A stretch of DNA of 64,000 nucleotides from NCBI GenBank assembly GCA_958448705.1, contig CAUDEY010000009.1:3010-67009 (forward strand), read 5' to 3'. This document shows, piece by piece, positions 55,353 through 64,000 of the stretch. The stretch is from an uncultured Clostridia bacterium. Its GTDB lineage: Bacteria > Bacillota > Clostridia > Christensenellales > QALW01. Every line of letters begins with the position of its first letter. Positions within the stretch are counted from its first letter, which is position 1. The notes under the pieces are model-generated. The model saw only the letters and a list, made by a program, of their open reading frames with translations. It searched no databases and was not told where the DNA came from. The position numbers and the translations under genes are program-made.

Positions 55353-56393
55353 TTATTTATTATTTATACATACCTCAAATGTGTTTCTCTTATCGAAAGA
55401 ATGGACGGATATATTACCATTGTGCAAGTCAATTATTTTTTTTACAATCGCAAGTCCCAGACCATTTCCCTCTGTGGAATGGGAACGGTCTCCCTGGTAA
55501 AACTTATCAAAAATATGTGCCCGCATTTCCGGGGGGATCTCCTCGCCGCGGTTTTGGATTTGGACAACGGTGTCGCCTTCTATTTCTTTTACCACTACAT
55601 TGATTTGGCCACCGACATGAGAAAACTTAATGGCGTTGTCCAATAGATTGATCCATACCTGTTTGAGCATTTCTTCGTTGCCTATCGTATAGCACTCCCA
55701 GTTGTCAAAGACAACCTCCAGATTTTTGTCGGCAAGCTTCTGATCCAGCAAGGCGATAACAAGGCGGATTTGTTCGCTGAGATTAAATCGTCTCTTATCG
55801 GTCAGGATCGTCTGTTTTTCGATTTTGGAAAGATACAATACATTGGCCGACAAAGAGGAAAGCCGCTCTGATTCGCTGATGATAATATCCAGATATTCAT
55901 TGCGTTCTTCGGGGGTTAAATCTTCCCATTTAAGAGCTTTGGCAAAACCGCGGATGGATACGATAGGCGTTTTGAATTCGTGGGAAAAGCTATTGACAAA
56001 GTCTGTCCGCAGCATTTCCACACTGCCGATTTCCTCTACCATGTGGTTGAACTTGTCTCCCAGTTTGCGCAGCTCTTCCAGCCCTTTCAGGCTCAACCTT
56101 ACGCTGTAATCCCCGTCAGCTACCTTGTCGGTGGCGTCCATCAGTTCCCGCAGGGGGCGTAGGGGCGCACGGCTGAATATAGCTGCCAGGACAGTGCCTA
56201 CCGCCACGCTGGTCAGACAAAAGATAAACAATGGGACTCGCTCCATACCACCGCCTTCCAGTATGCCTACACTGGACAGCAGGAATGTTCCGAAAAAGGT
56301 CAGGAGCATGGTGGCAAGCATAATCAAAAAGACAATAAAAGCAAAAAACAGCGTCAGGCGGAAATACTTTAAAGACGATTTCAGCTTACTCAT
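55353..56393 (-). CDS. sensor histidine kinase (two TM segments with a very short external loop, HAMP, HisKA, HATPase_c)
   Basis: H-box (FSHEFKTP), N-box (LLDNAIKF), G-boxes (GNGLGLAIV). The loop between the TM segments is only ~13 aa (VGILEGGGMERVP). Confidence 0.9.
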   Translation of the reverse strand: MSKLKSSLKYFRLTLFFAFIVFLIMLATMLLTFFGTFLLSSVGILEGGGMERVPLFIFCLTSVAVGTVLAAIFSRAPLRPLRELMDATDKVADGDYSVRLSLKGLEELRKLGDKFNHMVEEIGSVEMLRTDFVNSFSHEFKTPIVSIRGFAKALKWEDLTPEERNEYLDIIISESERLSSLSANVLYLSKIEKQTILTDKRRFNLSEQIRLVIALLDQKLADKNLEVVFDNWECYTIGNEEMLKQVWINLLDNAIKFSHVGGQINVVVKEIEGDTVVQIQNRGEEIPPEMRAHIFDKFYQGDRSHSTEGNGLGLAIVKKIIDLHNGNISVHSFDKRNTFEVCINNK

Positions 56394-57063
56394 GGTGAAT
56401 CACCGCCTTGTAGCCGATTCCCCGAATCGCAACAATTTCAAATTCCGACCACTCTTCAAACCGGCGACGCAAACGGGTAATATGGACATTCACAGTGGTG
56501 TCTACTGTATTTGACTCCATGCCCCAGATTTCATCCATGAGCTGCAGGCGGGTGAAAATTTTGCCTGGATAAGAGAGCAGCTTATATAAAAGATAAAATT
56601 CTTTCTGCGGTAGAGTCTGTTCCACACCTTCCCTGGAAACAGTCAGGGAATCGTAATCCAGAGTCACTTTGCCGATACGCAGCTTACGCTCGTTGGCGAT
56701 TTGAGAGCGGTGCAACAGAGCTTTGATTCGCAAGAGCATTTCCTCCTCGTTGACCGGCTTTACCATGTAATCGTCGGTGCCTACCAGAAATCCCTTGCAT
56801 TTTTCCTCCGGCAAGTCCTTTGCCGTCACCATGAGAATGGGGGTATTGTCCCCGGCACGCCTGATATATTCGGCAAATTCGTATCCATCCATAACGGGCA
56901 TCATTATGTCCAGTACAATCAAGTCGATATGCTGTTTATCGGTTATCTCTAAAGCCTCCTGCCCGTTTGAGGCCCCATAAACTTCATAACCCGCATGTTT
57001 TAGCACTGCCTTCATCAAACGTGCGGTATTTTTGTCGTCCTCTACTACTAAAATTTGAAACAT
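56386..57063 (-). CDS. OmpR-family response regulator
   Basis: Receiver domain (VVEDD...LDIMMPVMDG...VTAKD) plus a winged helix (LPQKEFYLLYKLL...VNVHITRLRRRF...IRGIGYK). Overlaps the kinase gene by 8 nt. Confidence 0.9.
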   Translation of the reverse strand: MFQILVVEDDKNTARLMKAVLKHAGYEVYGASNGQEALEITDKQHIDLIVLDIMMPVMDGYEFAEYIRRAGDNTPILMVTAKDLPEEKCKGFLVGTDDYMVKPVNEEEMLLRIKALLHRSQIANERKLRIGKVTLDYDSLTVSREGVEQTLPQKEFYLLYKLLSYPGKIFTRLQLMDEIWGMESNTVDTTVNVHITRLRRRFEEWSEFEIVAIRGIGYKAVIHHE

Positions 57064-57102
57064 CTCTGCACCTCCCAGCCTTAATTCCTATTATATCAGA
57101 AA

Positions 57103-57172
57103 AAATTAACTGAAAATTAACTCAGAACAGAAGTTTTGGCTTTTTTTACAATTATGGTTCCTCAGTTAATTT
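57103..57172. promoter_or_regulatory. three copies of an 11-bp box (two tandem direct, one inverted); candidate response-regulator binding sites in the divergent intergenic region
   Basis: AAATTAACTGA (57103-57113), AAATTAACTCA (57114-57124) and TCAGTTAATTT (57162-57172). The third is the exact reverse complement of the first. A minus-strand TATAAT lies at 57090-57095. Confidence 0.6.
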
Positions 57173-57240
57173 TGAGTTTCTTGATACGAGCTAAAATTTA
57201 TGCACAGATCATGCTGAGCAGATTTGAATCGAAGATTATC

Positions 57241-57933
57241 ATGCTCACAATGGCAAGTAAATTTAGCGAAGTGAAAAACATGGACGAAGCTGCTGTAGAA
57301 ATCAGCGATTTACCTTTGGGTTTCCCGGAATCGTTTCAGAAACTGCAAGAAATGAATCTGCTGTATTCCAGCGCTGTAAGGGAAATATCAGTTAAACTTG
57401 AAAATCTCAATGAGGAATTCAAAATAAACCATTCCCGCAATCCGATACAGCATATTAAGCACCGAATCAAGCGGCCGGACAGTATTCGGGAAAAAATGCT
57501 GCGGCGCGGTCTTGCACTTGACTATGAAGTCATGCGCGAGGAAATCACGGACATCGGCGGCCTGCGGGTGATATGTTCTTATATCAACGACATTTACGCC
57601 ATAGCGGAAATGCTGAAACGGCAGGATGATGTTCTGACGGTGCAGATCAAGGATTATATTGCGCACCCAAAGCCAAACGGATACCGCAGCTATCATTTAA
57701 TTGTTGGTATTCCCGTGTTCTTTTCAGAGGAAACACAGGTCATCCCAGTTGAAATTCAGATGCGCACAATGGCAATGGATTTTTGGGCGAGTTTGGAGCA
57801 TCAGCTAAGGTACAAAACTTCTGCGGAAATTCCCAGTTCTATCCGGATGCGCCTGACCCAAATAGCCGATGAAATTTATAGAGAAGATCTGGAAATGCAG
57901 AATATTTACCAAGAAATTCACCAGCTCCGGTGA
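57241..57933 (+). CDS. small alarmone synthetase (RelA/SpoT-domain GTP pyrophosphokinase, RelP/RelQ type)
   Basis: HRIKRPDSIREKM, DIGGLRVIC, KPNGYRSYHLIV and VEIQMRTMAMDFWASLEHQLRYK. The start is uncertain, with 57241, 57250 and 57280 all possible. Confidence 0.8.
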   Translation: MLTMASKFSEVKNMDEAAVEISDLPLGFPESFQKLQEMNLLYSSAVREISVKLENLNEEFKINHSRNPIQHIKHRIKRPDSIREKMLRRGLALDYEVMREEITDIGGLRVICSYINDIYAIAEMLKRQDDVLTVQIKDYIAHPKPNGYRSYHLIVGIPVFFSEETQVIPVEIQMRTMAMDFWASLEHQLRYKTSAEIPSSIRMRLTQIADEIYREDLEMQNIYQEIHQLR

Positions 57934-58048
57934 ACGAATAAAACATTCATTGTTCATTAAGTTTTCAAAAAGTGAGTCCCATAGTTAATGTTCGGTTTTT
58001 CAAACGATGGTAGACTATGCCCATCAAAACGCAAAGGAGTGAACCCAC

Positions 58049-60772
58049 ATGCTTCAAATAAAAGAGGTTTCAAAGGAGTATATTACGGGGGAACTACACC
58101 AATCCGCATTGGATAGAGTTTCCCTGAATCTCCGAGACAATGAGTTTGTTGCAATTCTCGGCCCCAGTGGGTCGGGTAAAACTACGCTGCTCAACATCAT
58201 CGGTGGTCTTGACCGCTATGACAGCGGCGATTTGATTATCAATGGTATTTCTACTAAGAAATACAAAGATCGAGACTGGGATTCCTATCGGAACCACACC
58301 ATCGGTTTTGTTTTCCAAAGCTATAATCTGATTCCACATCAGTCCATTCTTGCCAATGTGGAGCTTGCTCTGACGATTTCGGGTATTTCCCGCAAAGAAC
58401 GCAGAAATAGAGCAAAAAAAGCCTTGGAAGAAGTCGGGCTCGGCGATCAGCTGCACAAGAAGCCCAATCAGATGTCCGGCGGTCAGATGCAGCGTGTGGC
58501 TATCGCCCGCGCTCTAGTCAACAACCCGGACATTCTGCTTGCCGATGAGCCGACCGGCGCTCTGGACACGGAAACCAGCGTCCAGGTCATGGAGCTATTA
58601 AAAGAGGTTGCGAAAGACCGCCTTGTGGTTATGGTTACGCATAATCCAGAGCTTGCAGAAGAATATGCAACCCGAATTGTGAAACTGCGGGACGGGCACA
58701 TCACGGATGATTCCATGCCTTTTGAGCCGGAACCCAGTGCTTTGAAAGAGCCGGAACACAAGAACATGGGAAAAGCCTCCATGTCCTTTGGAACCGCTCT
58801 ATCTCTCAGTTTCAGCAACCTAAGGACAAAGAAAGCCCGGACTCTTTTGACTTCCTTTGCCGGTTCCATCGGTATTATCGGCATTGCGTTGATTTTGGCT
58901 CTATCTAACGGAGTCAATACCTATATTGCCGATATTCAAAGGGATACCATGACCTCTTATCCGATTTCTATCGAAGCGCAGACGATAGACCTTTCCAATA
59001 TGCTTGAGACAGGCGGCCCCCAGGGCGGCGGCCAGGAAGAAATCGAACACGAACTGGATGGCATCTATTCCAATGGCAGCAGCCTTGAAATGGCCTCCAG
59101 TATGACAACAAGCATTACTGAGAACAATCTGACCGAATTTAAAAAGTATCTGGACGATCCCGACAGCGAAATCAATCAATACATCGGTGAAAATGGCGTG
59201 GTCTATTCCTACGATACAAAATTTGGTGTTTATACCCACGATCCTGACGGTACTTTTGTAAACACAGATGGCAGCACTCTGGAAGATGAAAGTGAAAATG
59301 CCGGAATGTCTGGCGGTATGGGTGGAATGAGTATGATGGGTATGGGTTCTTCCAGTAATTTCGAGGAACTGATGCCCGGACAAGACGGCACCCTGATCAG
59401 CGCCGCCGTTACCGACAGCTACGAAGTCGTTTACGGTTCATGGCCTACCGCTTATGACGAAGTAATCCTTGTGCTTGATGAAAACCACGAAATTTCCACC
59501 ACAACCCTTTATCAGTTGGGGATTCTTCCGACTGCCGAATATCAAGAGTTAATGGAACAAATCGACAATGGCGAAGAGATCACTGTTGAAACGGAATATT
59601 ATAGCTACGAAGATATTTGCAGTCAAGAGCTCTACATGATTCCTGCCTGTGATACTTATATTGAGAATGAGGATGGTACTTTCACCTATGTCGGTGACGA
59701 TGCCGCTGAAATGGAATCTTTAATGGAGAGTGCTGTTCAGCTTAAAATCGTCGGTGTTGTTCGTCCCGCAGAGGATGCGACCAATGCTTCCATCAGCAGT
59801 GCAATCGGTTACACAAAAGCACTTACCGATTATATTATCGAGCATACTGATGAAAGTGCTGTTGTAAATGCACAGAGGGAAAGCGAAACCATCAATGTTT
59901 TAAACGGTCTTTCTTTCGCTCCCGAAGATGATGCCGCCAAGATTGCCGATACAAGAACATATTTTGCTTCTCTCGGCATTACAGATAAGGCAAATATGTA
60001 TAGAAATATGATGCAGTCGGCGGGTTCCTCTGATCCTCAAATGATGGAACAGATGGATGCTATGGATGAGTCACAGATGGCGGCTGCATTAGATGCTTAT
60101 TTGGAAACTGCTGAAGATGATGTACTGCTCACCATTTACGACACCTACATTTCCACCGGCACTTACGATGAAAATATGGAGTCCTTCGGCGTGGTAAGTC
60201 TTGATGCTCCTGCATCCATCAGCATTTATGCAGACAGCTTTGAAGCAAAAGATTCCATTTCCGCCTGTATTGAAGATTACAACAGCACCGCAGCGGAAGA
60301 AGATCAGATTAGCTACACAGATTATGTAGGTCTGCTGATGTCATCTGTGACTACCATCGTAAATGTGATTTCCTATGTGCTTATTGCCTTTGTAGCTGTC
60401 TCTCTCGTAGTATCCTCCATTATGATTGGGATTATCACCTATATTTCCGTGCTGGAGCGCACGAAGGAAATCGGTATCCTCCGGGCGATTGGCGCCTCCA
60501 AGCGCAATATTTCGCAGGTCTTTAATGCGGAAACCTTTATTGTTGGTCTGTGCGCCGGATTGATCGGTATTGGCTTAACGCTGCTTCTGCTGATCCCTGG
60601 CAACGCACTGATCCACGCCATTGCGGGGACTACCAGTGTAAACGCTGCTCTGCCGTGGACGAGCGCCGTATTCCTGATTGTGCTAAGCGTGGTTCTGACC
60701 TTGATCGGTGGACTGATCCCCTCCAGGAAAGCTGCGAAAAAAGACCCTGTTACCGCTTTGCGCACCGAATAA
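58049..60772 (+). CDS. fused ABC transporter ATPase-permease of the MacB/FtsX type with a ~480-aa extracytoplasmic domain
   Basis: Walker A (GPSGSGKTT), signature (MSGGQMQR) and Walker B (LLADEPT). These are followed by a TM segment, a long acidic external domain and a C-terminal FtsX 3-TM module (ERTKEIGILRAIGA). Confidence 0.88.
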   Translation: MLQIKEVSKEYITGELHQSALDRVSLNLRDNEFVAILGPSGSGKTTLLNIIGGLDRYDSGDLIINGISTKKYKDRDWDSYRNHTIGFVFQSYNLIPHQSILANVELALTISGISRKERRNRAKKALEEVGLGDQLHKKPNQMSGGQMQRVAIARALVNNPDILLADEPTGALDTETSVQVMELLKEVAKDRLVVMVTHNPELAEEYATRIVKLRDGHITDDSMPFEPEPSALKEPEHKNMGKASMSFGTALSLSFSNLRTKKARTLLTSFAGSIGIIGIALILALSNGVNTYIADIQRDTMTSYPISIEAQTIDLSNMLETGGPQGGGQEEIEHELDGIYSNGSSLEMASSMTTSITENNLTEFKKYLDDPDSEINQYIGENGVVYSYDTKFGVYTHDPDGTFVNTDGSTLEDESENAGMSGGMGGMSMMGMGSSSNFEELMPGQDGTLISAAVTDSYEVVYGSWPTAYDEVILVLDENHEISTTTLYQLGILPTAEYQELMEQIDNGEEITVETEYYSYEDICSQELYMIPACDTYIENEDGTFTYVGDDAAEMESLMESAVQLKIVGVVRPAEDATNASISSAIGYTKALTDYIIEHTDESAVVNAQRESETINVLNGLSFAPEDDAAKIADTRTYFASLGITDKANMYRNMMQSAGSSDPQMMEQMDAMDESQMAAALDAYLETAEDDVLLTIYDTYISTGTYDENMESFGVVSLDAPASISIYADSFEAKDSISACIEDYNSTAAEEDQISYTDYVGLLMSSVTTIVNVISYVLIAFVAVSLVVSSIMIGIITYISVLERTKEIGILRAIGASKRNISQVFNAETFIVGLCAGLIGIGLTLLLLIPGNALIHAIAGTTSVNAALPWTSAVFLIVLSVVLTLIGGLIPSRKAAKKDPVTALRTE

Positions 60773-60829
60773 TCCAAAGCAGCCCCGGCCATATTGCTGT
60801 CGGGGCTGCTCCATTCAGGGAGAATGACT

Positions 60830-62611
60830 ATGATAAAACTATTTCAAAGAATGACAAAAAGAGAATATGCCATGGTTCTGTGCAGCTTAGTATTCATTGT
60901 TGCACAGGTGTGGCTGGATCTGAAAATGCCGGATTATATGTCTACCATCACCACCCTGGTCGAGACGCCCGGCTCGGAAATTAGTGAGATCCTTTTAAAT
61001 GGCGGTTATATGCTGCTCTGTGCGGTAGGCAGCATGGCAGCGGCTATGATAACAGGCTTTTTTGCCGCAAAGGTGGCTGCCGGCCTTTCCAAATCCCTAC
61101 GGGAAGGGATGTTCAAGAAGGTCATGCGTTTTAACAGCGAGGAAATGGGACGATTTTCTACCGCCAGTCTGATCACAAGAACGACAAACGATATAACCCA
61201 GGTGCAAATGCTGATCGCCATGGGCTTGCAGGCCATTATTAAAGCGCCTATTCTTCTTGTCTGGGCGGTTGTGAAAATAGCTGGCAAGCAATGGCAGTGG
61301 TCAGTGGCTACGGCAGGTGCTGTGTTGGTGATCCTCATTGTCCTGGTCATTGCCATTGTGCTGGCCCTGCCTAAATTCCAGATCATCCAAAAACTCACCG
61401 ATCAGCTTAACCGGGTAACCAGAGAAAACTTAACAGGTATCCGCATTGTCCGAGCCTATAATGCGGAGCAGTATCAAGAGAAAAAATTTGAGCAGGCAAA
61501 CGAGGAACTGACGAGTACCAACTTATTTGCTAACAGAGTACTGGCGCTGTTGATGCCGACCATGACCTTCGTTACCTCCGGCATCAGTCTGGCGATTTAC
61601 TGGATTGGGGCATACTTGATTGACGCAGCGGAAATGACACAGCGCCTTTCCCTCTTTTCTGACATGGTAGTTTTTTCTTCCTATGCCTTACAGGTAATCA
61701 TGGCTTTTACCATGCTGACCATGATGTTCATCATGCTGCCCCGTGTGCTGGTATCTGTCCGGCGTATCAATGAGGTGTTGGATACCGAAATTTCTATACG
61801 GGACGGCATTATCATGGAGGAAATGGACACGACTTGGAAAAACAAAATCCATGGTGGAAAAATTGAGTTTCGTAATGTCAGCTTCCGATATCCCGATGCG
61901 GGCAATTATGCTCTTGAAGACATCAGTTTTACAGCCGATGCCGGAGAAACGGTTGCCATCATCGGCTCCACCGGAAGCGGAAAAAGCACACTTGTTAATC
62001 TGATCCCTCGTTTTTACGATGTCACAGATGGGGAAATTTTAATCGATGGTATGAATGTAAAAACCTATACTATGAAAACCCTTCGCAATAAATTAGGCTA
62101 TGTTTCCCAACGGGCGGTACTGTTTTCCGGTACGGTGGAAAGCAATGTGGCCTACGGTGAAAATGGACACCCCACACCGGAGGCGGACACCGTAATGCGT
62201 GCCGTGTCTCTGGCACAGGCAAGCGAATTCGTGGAGAAAATGGATGGTAAGTTGGAAGCGAGAATTGCTCAGGGCGGGAGCAATGTTTCCGGTGGTCAGA
62301 AACAGCGATTGTCTATCGCCCGCGCAATTTGCCGGAATCCTGAAATCTATATCTTTGACGACTCTTTTTCTGCTCTGGATTACAAAACGGATCGCATTTT
62401 ACGGTCGGCGCTGAACAGGGAGCTTTCTGGTGCCACCAAGCTGATTGTAGCCCAGCGTATCGGGACGATTCGCAATGCGAATAAAATTATTGTTCTGGAC
62501 GATGGGAAAATCGCCGGTACGGGAACTCACGACGAACTGATGCGAAGCTGTACTGTCTATCAGGAAATCGCCCGGTCACAGCTCTCAGAGGAGGAATTGA
62601 ACTATGCCTGA
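60830..62611 (+). CDS. ABC exporter, fused permease-ATPase (type I, half-transporter 1)
   Basis: Six-TM domain followed by GSTGSGKST, VSGGQKQRLSIARA and IFDDSFSALD. The start at 60830 (or 60824) lies after GGGAGA. Confidence 0.88.
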   Translation: MIKLFQRMTKREYAMVLCSLVFIVAQVWLDLKMPDYMSTITTLVETPGSEISEILLNGGYMLLCAVGSMAAAMITGFFAAKVAAGLSKSLREGMFKKVMRFNSEEMGRFSTASLITRTTNDITQVQMLIAMGLQAIIKAPILLVWAVVKIAGKQWQWSVATAGAVLVILIVLVIAIVLALPKFQIIQKLTDQLNRVTRENLTGIRIVRAYNAEQYQEKKFEQANEELTSTNLFANRVLALLMPTMTFVTSGISLAIYWIGAYLIDAAEMTQRLSLFSDMVVFSSYALQVIMAFTMLTMMFIMLPRVLVSVRRINEVLDTEISIRDGIIMEEMDTTWKNKIHGGKIEFRNVSFRYPDAGNYALEDISFTADAGETVAIIGSTGSGKSTLVNLIPRFYDVTDGEILIDGMNVKTYTMKTLRNKLGYVSQRAVLFSGTVESNVAYGENGHPTPEADTVMRAVSLAQASEFVEKMDGKLEARIAQGGSNVSGGQKQRLSIARAICRNPEIYIFDDSFSALDYKTDRILRSALNRELSGATKLIVAQRIGTIRNANKIIVLDDGKIAGTGTHDELMRSCTVYQEIARSQLSEEELNYA

Positions 62612-64000
62612 AAAAGAATATGAAATGGGAAGCATCAAGCAGAAAAAACACGGCGAACCTCCGGGTGGGCCTCCTGGTGGGCCGGGAGGCGGAATGGGCG
62701 GAGAAAAAGCAAAAAATTCCGTGGTAGCGCTTAAAAAGCTGGTCGGCTACTGTAAACCCTACTTACCCGCTATCGTGATTGCTTTAATACTTGGAGCGAT
62801 CAGTGCTGTATTCTCCGTCATAGGCCCGGAAAAAATATCTGAAATCACCGACTTGATCACAGAAGGACTCACTGGAAGCATCGCCTTGTCTTCCATCGTT
62901 GGTATCTGTGTTTTCCTTGCGGTGCTGTATGGTCTGAGCTGGCTGTTCGGCTATGTGCAGAATTTTATCCTCGCCACGGTTACGCAGCGGATGTCCAAGT
63001 CCCTGCGGACGAGTATTTCTCAGAAAATCAATCGTATGCCGCTGCGCTATTTTGACCGTACCAGCTTTGGCGATGTACTCAGCCGCGTAACCAACGATGT
63101 AGATACCATCGGCCAGATGATGAACAATAGTTTGGGCAGTCTCATCTCCTCGGTGACATTGCTGCTGGGCGCTCTCATTATGATGTTTGCCACCAATGTT
63201 CTGATGGCGGCAAGTGCCGTGGCCGCCTCTCTGATCGGTTTTGCCTTTATGATGCTGATCATGGTGCGCTCTCAGAAATATTTTACCGAGCAGCAAAATG
63301 CTCTGGGTGCGATTGACGGACATATCGAGGAAGTGTATGCAGGTCAGCAGGTGGTACGCGCCTACAACGGCGAGACACAGGCCGAGCAGGTCTTTGACAA
63401 GGTAAATGACCGGCTGTATGACAGCGCATGGAAAAGCCAGTTTTTTTCTGGGCTGATGATGCCTCTGATGGGCTTCATCGGCAATCTGGGCTATGTGGTT
63501 GTCTGCGTTCTGGGTGCGGTGCTGGCGGCGAATGGCACGATCTCTTTTGGCGTAATCGTCTCCTTTATGCTTTATATCCGCTTGTTTACTCAGCCCCTCT
63601 CGCAGCTTGCTCAGGTATTCACCAGTTTGCAGTCTGCTCTGGCTGCCAGCGAAAGGGTCTTTGAGTTTCTGGAAGAGGAAGAACTGGAAGATGAAAGCGA
63701 GAAAACACGGTATCTGCAATCTGTACAGGGCAATGTGGAATTCTGCCATGTCTGCTTCGGTTACACCCCGGAAAAGACCATTATCCATGATTTTAATGTT
63801 AAGGTAAAAGCGGGGCAGACCATTGCCATTGTTGGCCCCACCGGGGCGGGCAAGACTACCATTGTGAATTTGCTCATGCGGTTTTATGAGACAAACGGCG
63901 GAGATATTTTGTTGGATGGTGTGCCTGTTCGGGAGCTGAAACGGGAAAATGTGTGGGATCAGTTCTGCATGGTCTTACAGGATACATGGCTATTTGAAGG
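62604..64000 (+). CDS. ABC exporter, fused permease-ATPase (half-transporter 2); the 3' end lies outside the window
   Basis: This gene is absent from the ORF track because no stop occurs before the window end. The ATG at 62604 overlaps the upstream stop by 8 nt. My own translation gives MPEKEYEMGSIKQ...PGGPPGGPGGGMGGEK..., a TM domain and Walker A GPTGAGKTT at ~63835. Confidence 0.85.
   Translation, partial: MPEKEYEMGSIKQKKHGEPPGGPPGGPGGGMGGEKAKNSVVALKKLVGYCKPYLPAIVIALILGAISAVFSVIGPEKISEITDLITEGLTGSIALSSIVGICVFLAVLYGLSWLFGYVQNFILATVTQRMSKSLRTSISQKINRMPLRYFDRTSFGDVLSRVTNDVDTIGQMMNNSLGSLISSVTLLLGALIMMFATNVLMAASAVAASLIGFAFMMLIMVRSQKYFTEQQNALGAIDGHIEEVYAGQQVVRAYNGETQAEQVFDKVNDRLYDSAWKSQFFSGLMMPLMGFIGNLGYVVVCVLGAVLAANGTISFGVIVSFMLYIRLFTQPLSQLAQVFTSLQSALAASERVFEFLEEEELEDESEKTRYLQSVQGNVEFCHVCFGYTPEKTIIHDFNVKVKAGQTIAIVGPTGAGKTTIVNLLMRFYETNGGDILLDGVPVRELKRENVWDQFCMVLQDTWLFE

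Noticed and set aside
57136-57240. Hydrophobic N-terminal extension of the alarmone synthetase from the ORF-track start at 57136
   Set aside because: The extension overlaps the regulatory boxes and a promoter-like region. Small alarmone synthetases are ~210-230 aa, which fits a start at 57241-57280. The exact start remains uncertain.
62784-63788. 334-aa minus-strand ORF, together with other long antisense ORFs (53909-54883, 52010-52831, 19460-20176, 19540-20121, 15569-16294, 25392-26111, 38879-39595, 39549-40133, 45793-46365, 13291-13848, 13921-14427)
   Set aside because: Each lies entirely antisense to a gene with clear family motifs. Their compositions are low-complexity (Arg/His/Gln/Gly-rich), and they have no RBS. 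This is typical of frame -1 openness caused by codon bias.
1-64000. Search for tRNA or rRNA genes, IS elements, integrases, phage genes, toxin-antitoxin pairs and recognised defence systems
   Set aside because: I found no tRNA-like T-arm or acceptor patterns, no rRNA-like stretches, and no transposase, integrase, nuclease-helicase or Cas-like ORFs in any frame. This absence is judged by eye only and should be confirmed with tRNAscan, Infernal and HMM searches.

Overview
A 64 kb chromosomal segment that looks like a moderately GC-rich Firmicute of the class Clostridia. That taxon call is inferred from protein signatures and gene order only. About 52 protein-coding genes are supported. No rRNA, tRNA, CRISPR array, transposase, integrase or phage genes were seen. 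All product calls come from motifs recognised by eye in the ORF translations, not from database searches.

Housekeeping content:
- metY-cysK-nifS-nifU-rrf2 sulfur and Fe-S operon
- typA
- an aspartate aminotransferase followed by an HMGL-family (probable Re-citrate) synthase
- thrC-trpS
- tyrS-yigZ-MATE
- mutY
- nfeD-floA

Carbohydrate-related modules are scattered across the window:
- an AraC regulator with a WbsX/GH99-like protein and an AraA-family isomerase
- an AraC regulator with a GH109-like oxidoreductase
- a sialate O-acetylesterase-like lipoprotein
- a GH42 beta-galactosidase
- a 1065-aa cytoplasmic glycosidase
- a surface-anchored CBM protein with a translationally coupled cytoplasmic paralog of unknown family

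The last ~9 kb looks lower in GC. It encodes a two-component system, a small alarmone synthetase, a fused MacB-type ABC transporter and a heterodimeric ABC exporter.

The most unusual signals:
1. A family of modular palindromic (REP/BIME-like) repeats. It forms two tandem arrays, with ~181-bp and ~141-bp periods, plus several solo or degenerate copies. All copies are co-oriented with the gene upstream, and one array abuts a truncated, frameshifted AEC-transporter pseudogene.
2. The uncharacterised secreted and cytoplasmic paralog pair with a WNEHDEGG motif.
3. Tandem paralogous membrane-anchored proteins. They share a 96/99-nt identical 5' end but have diverged bodies, and one lacks a stop codon before the terminator.
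4. Perfect 11-bp response-regulator-type boxes between the two-component operon and the alarmone synthetase gene.
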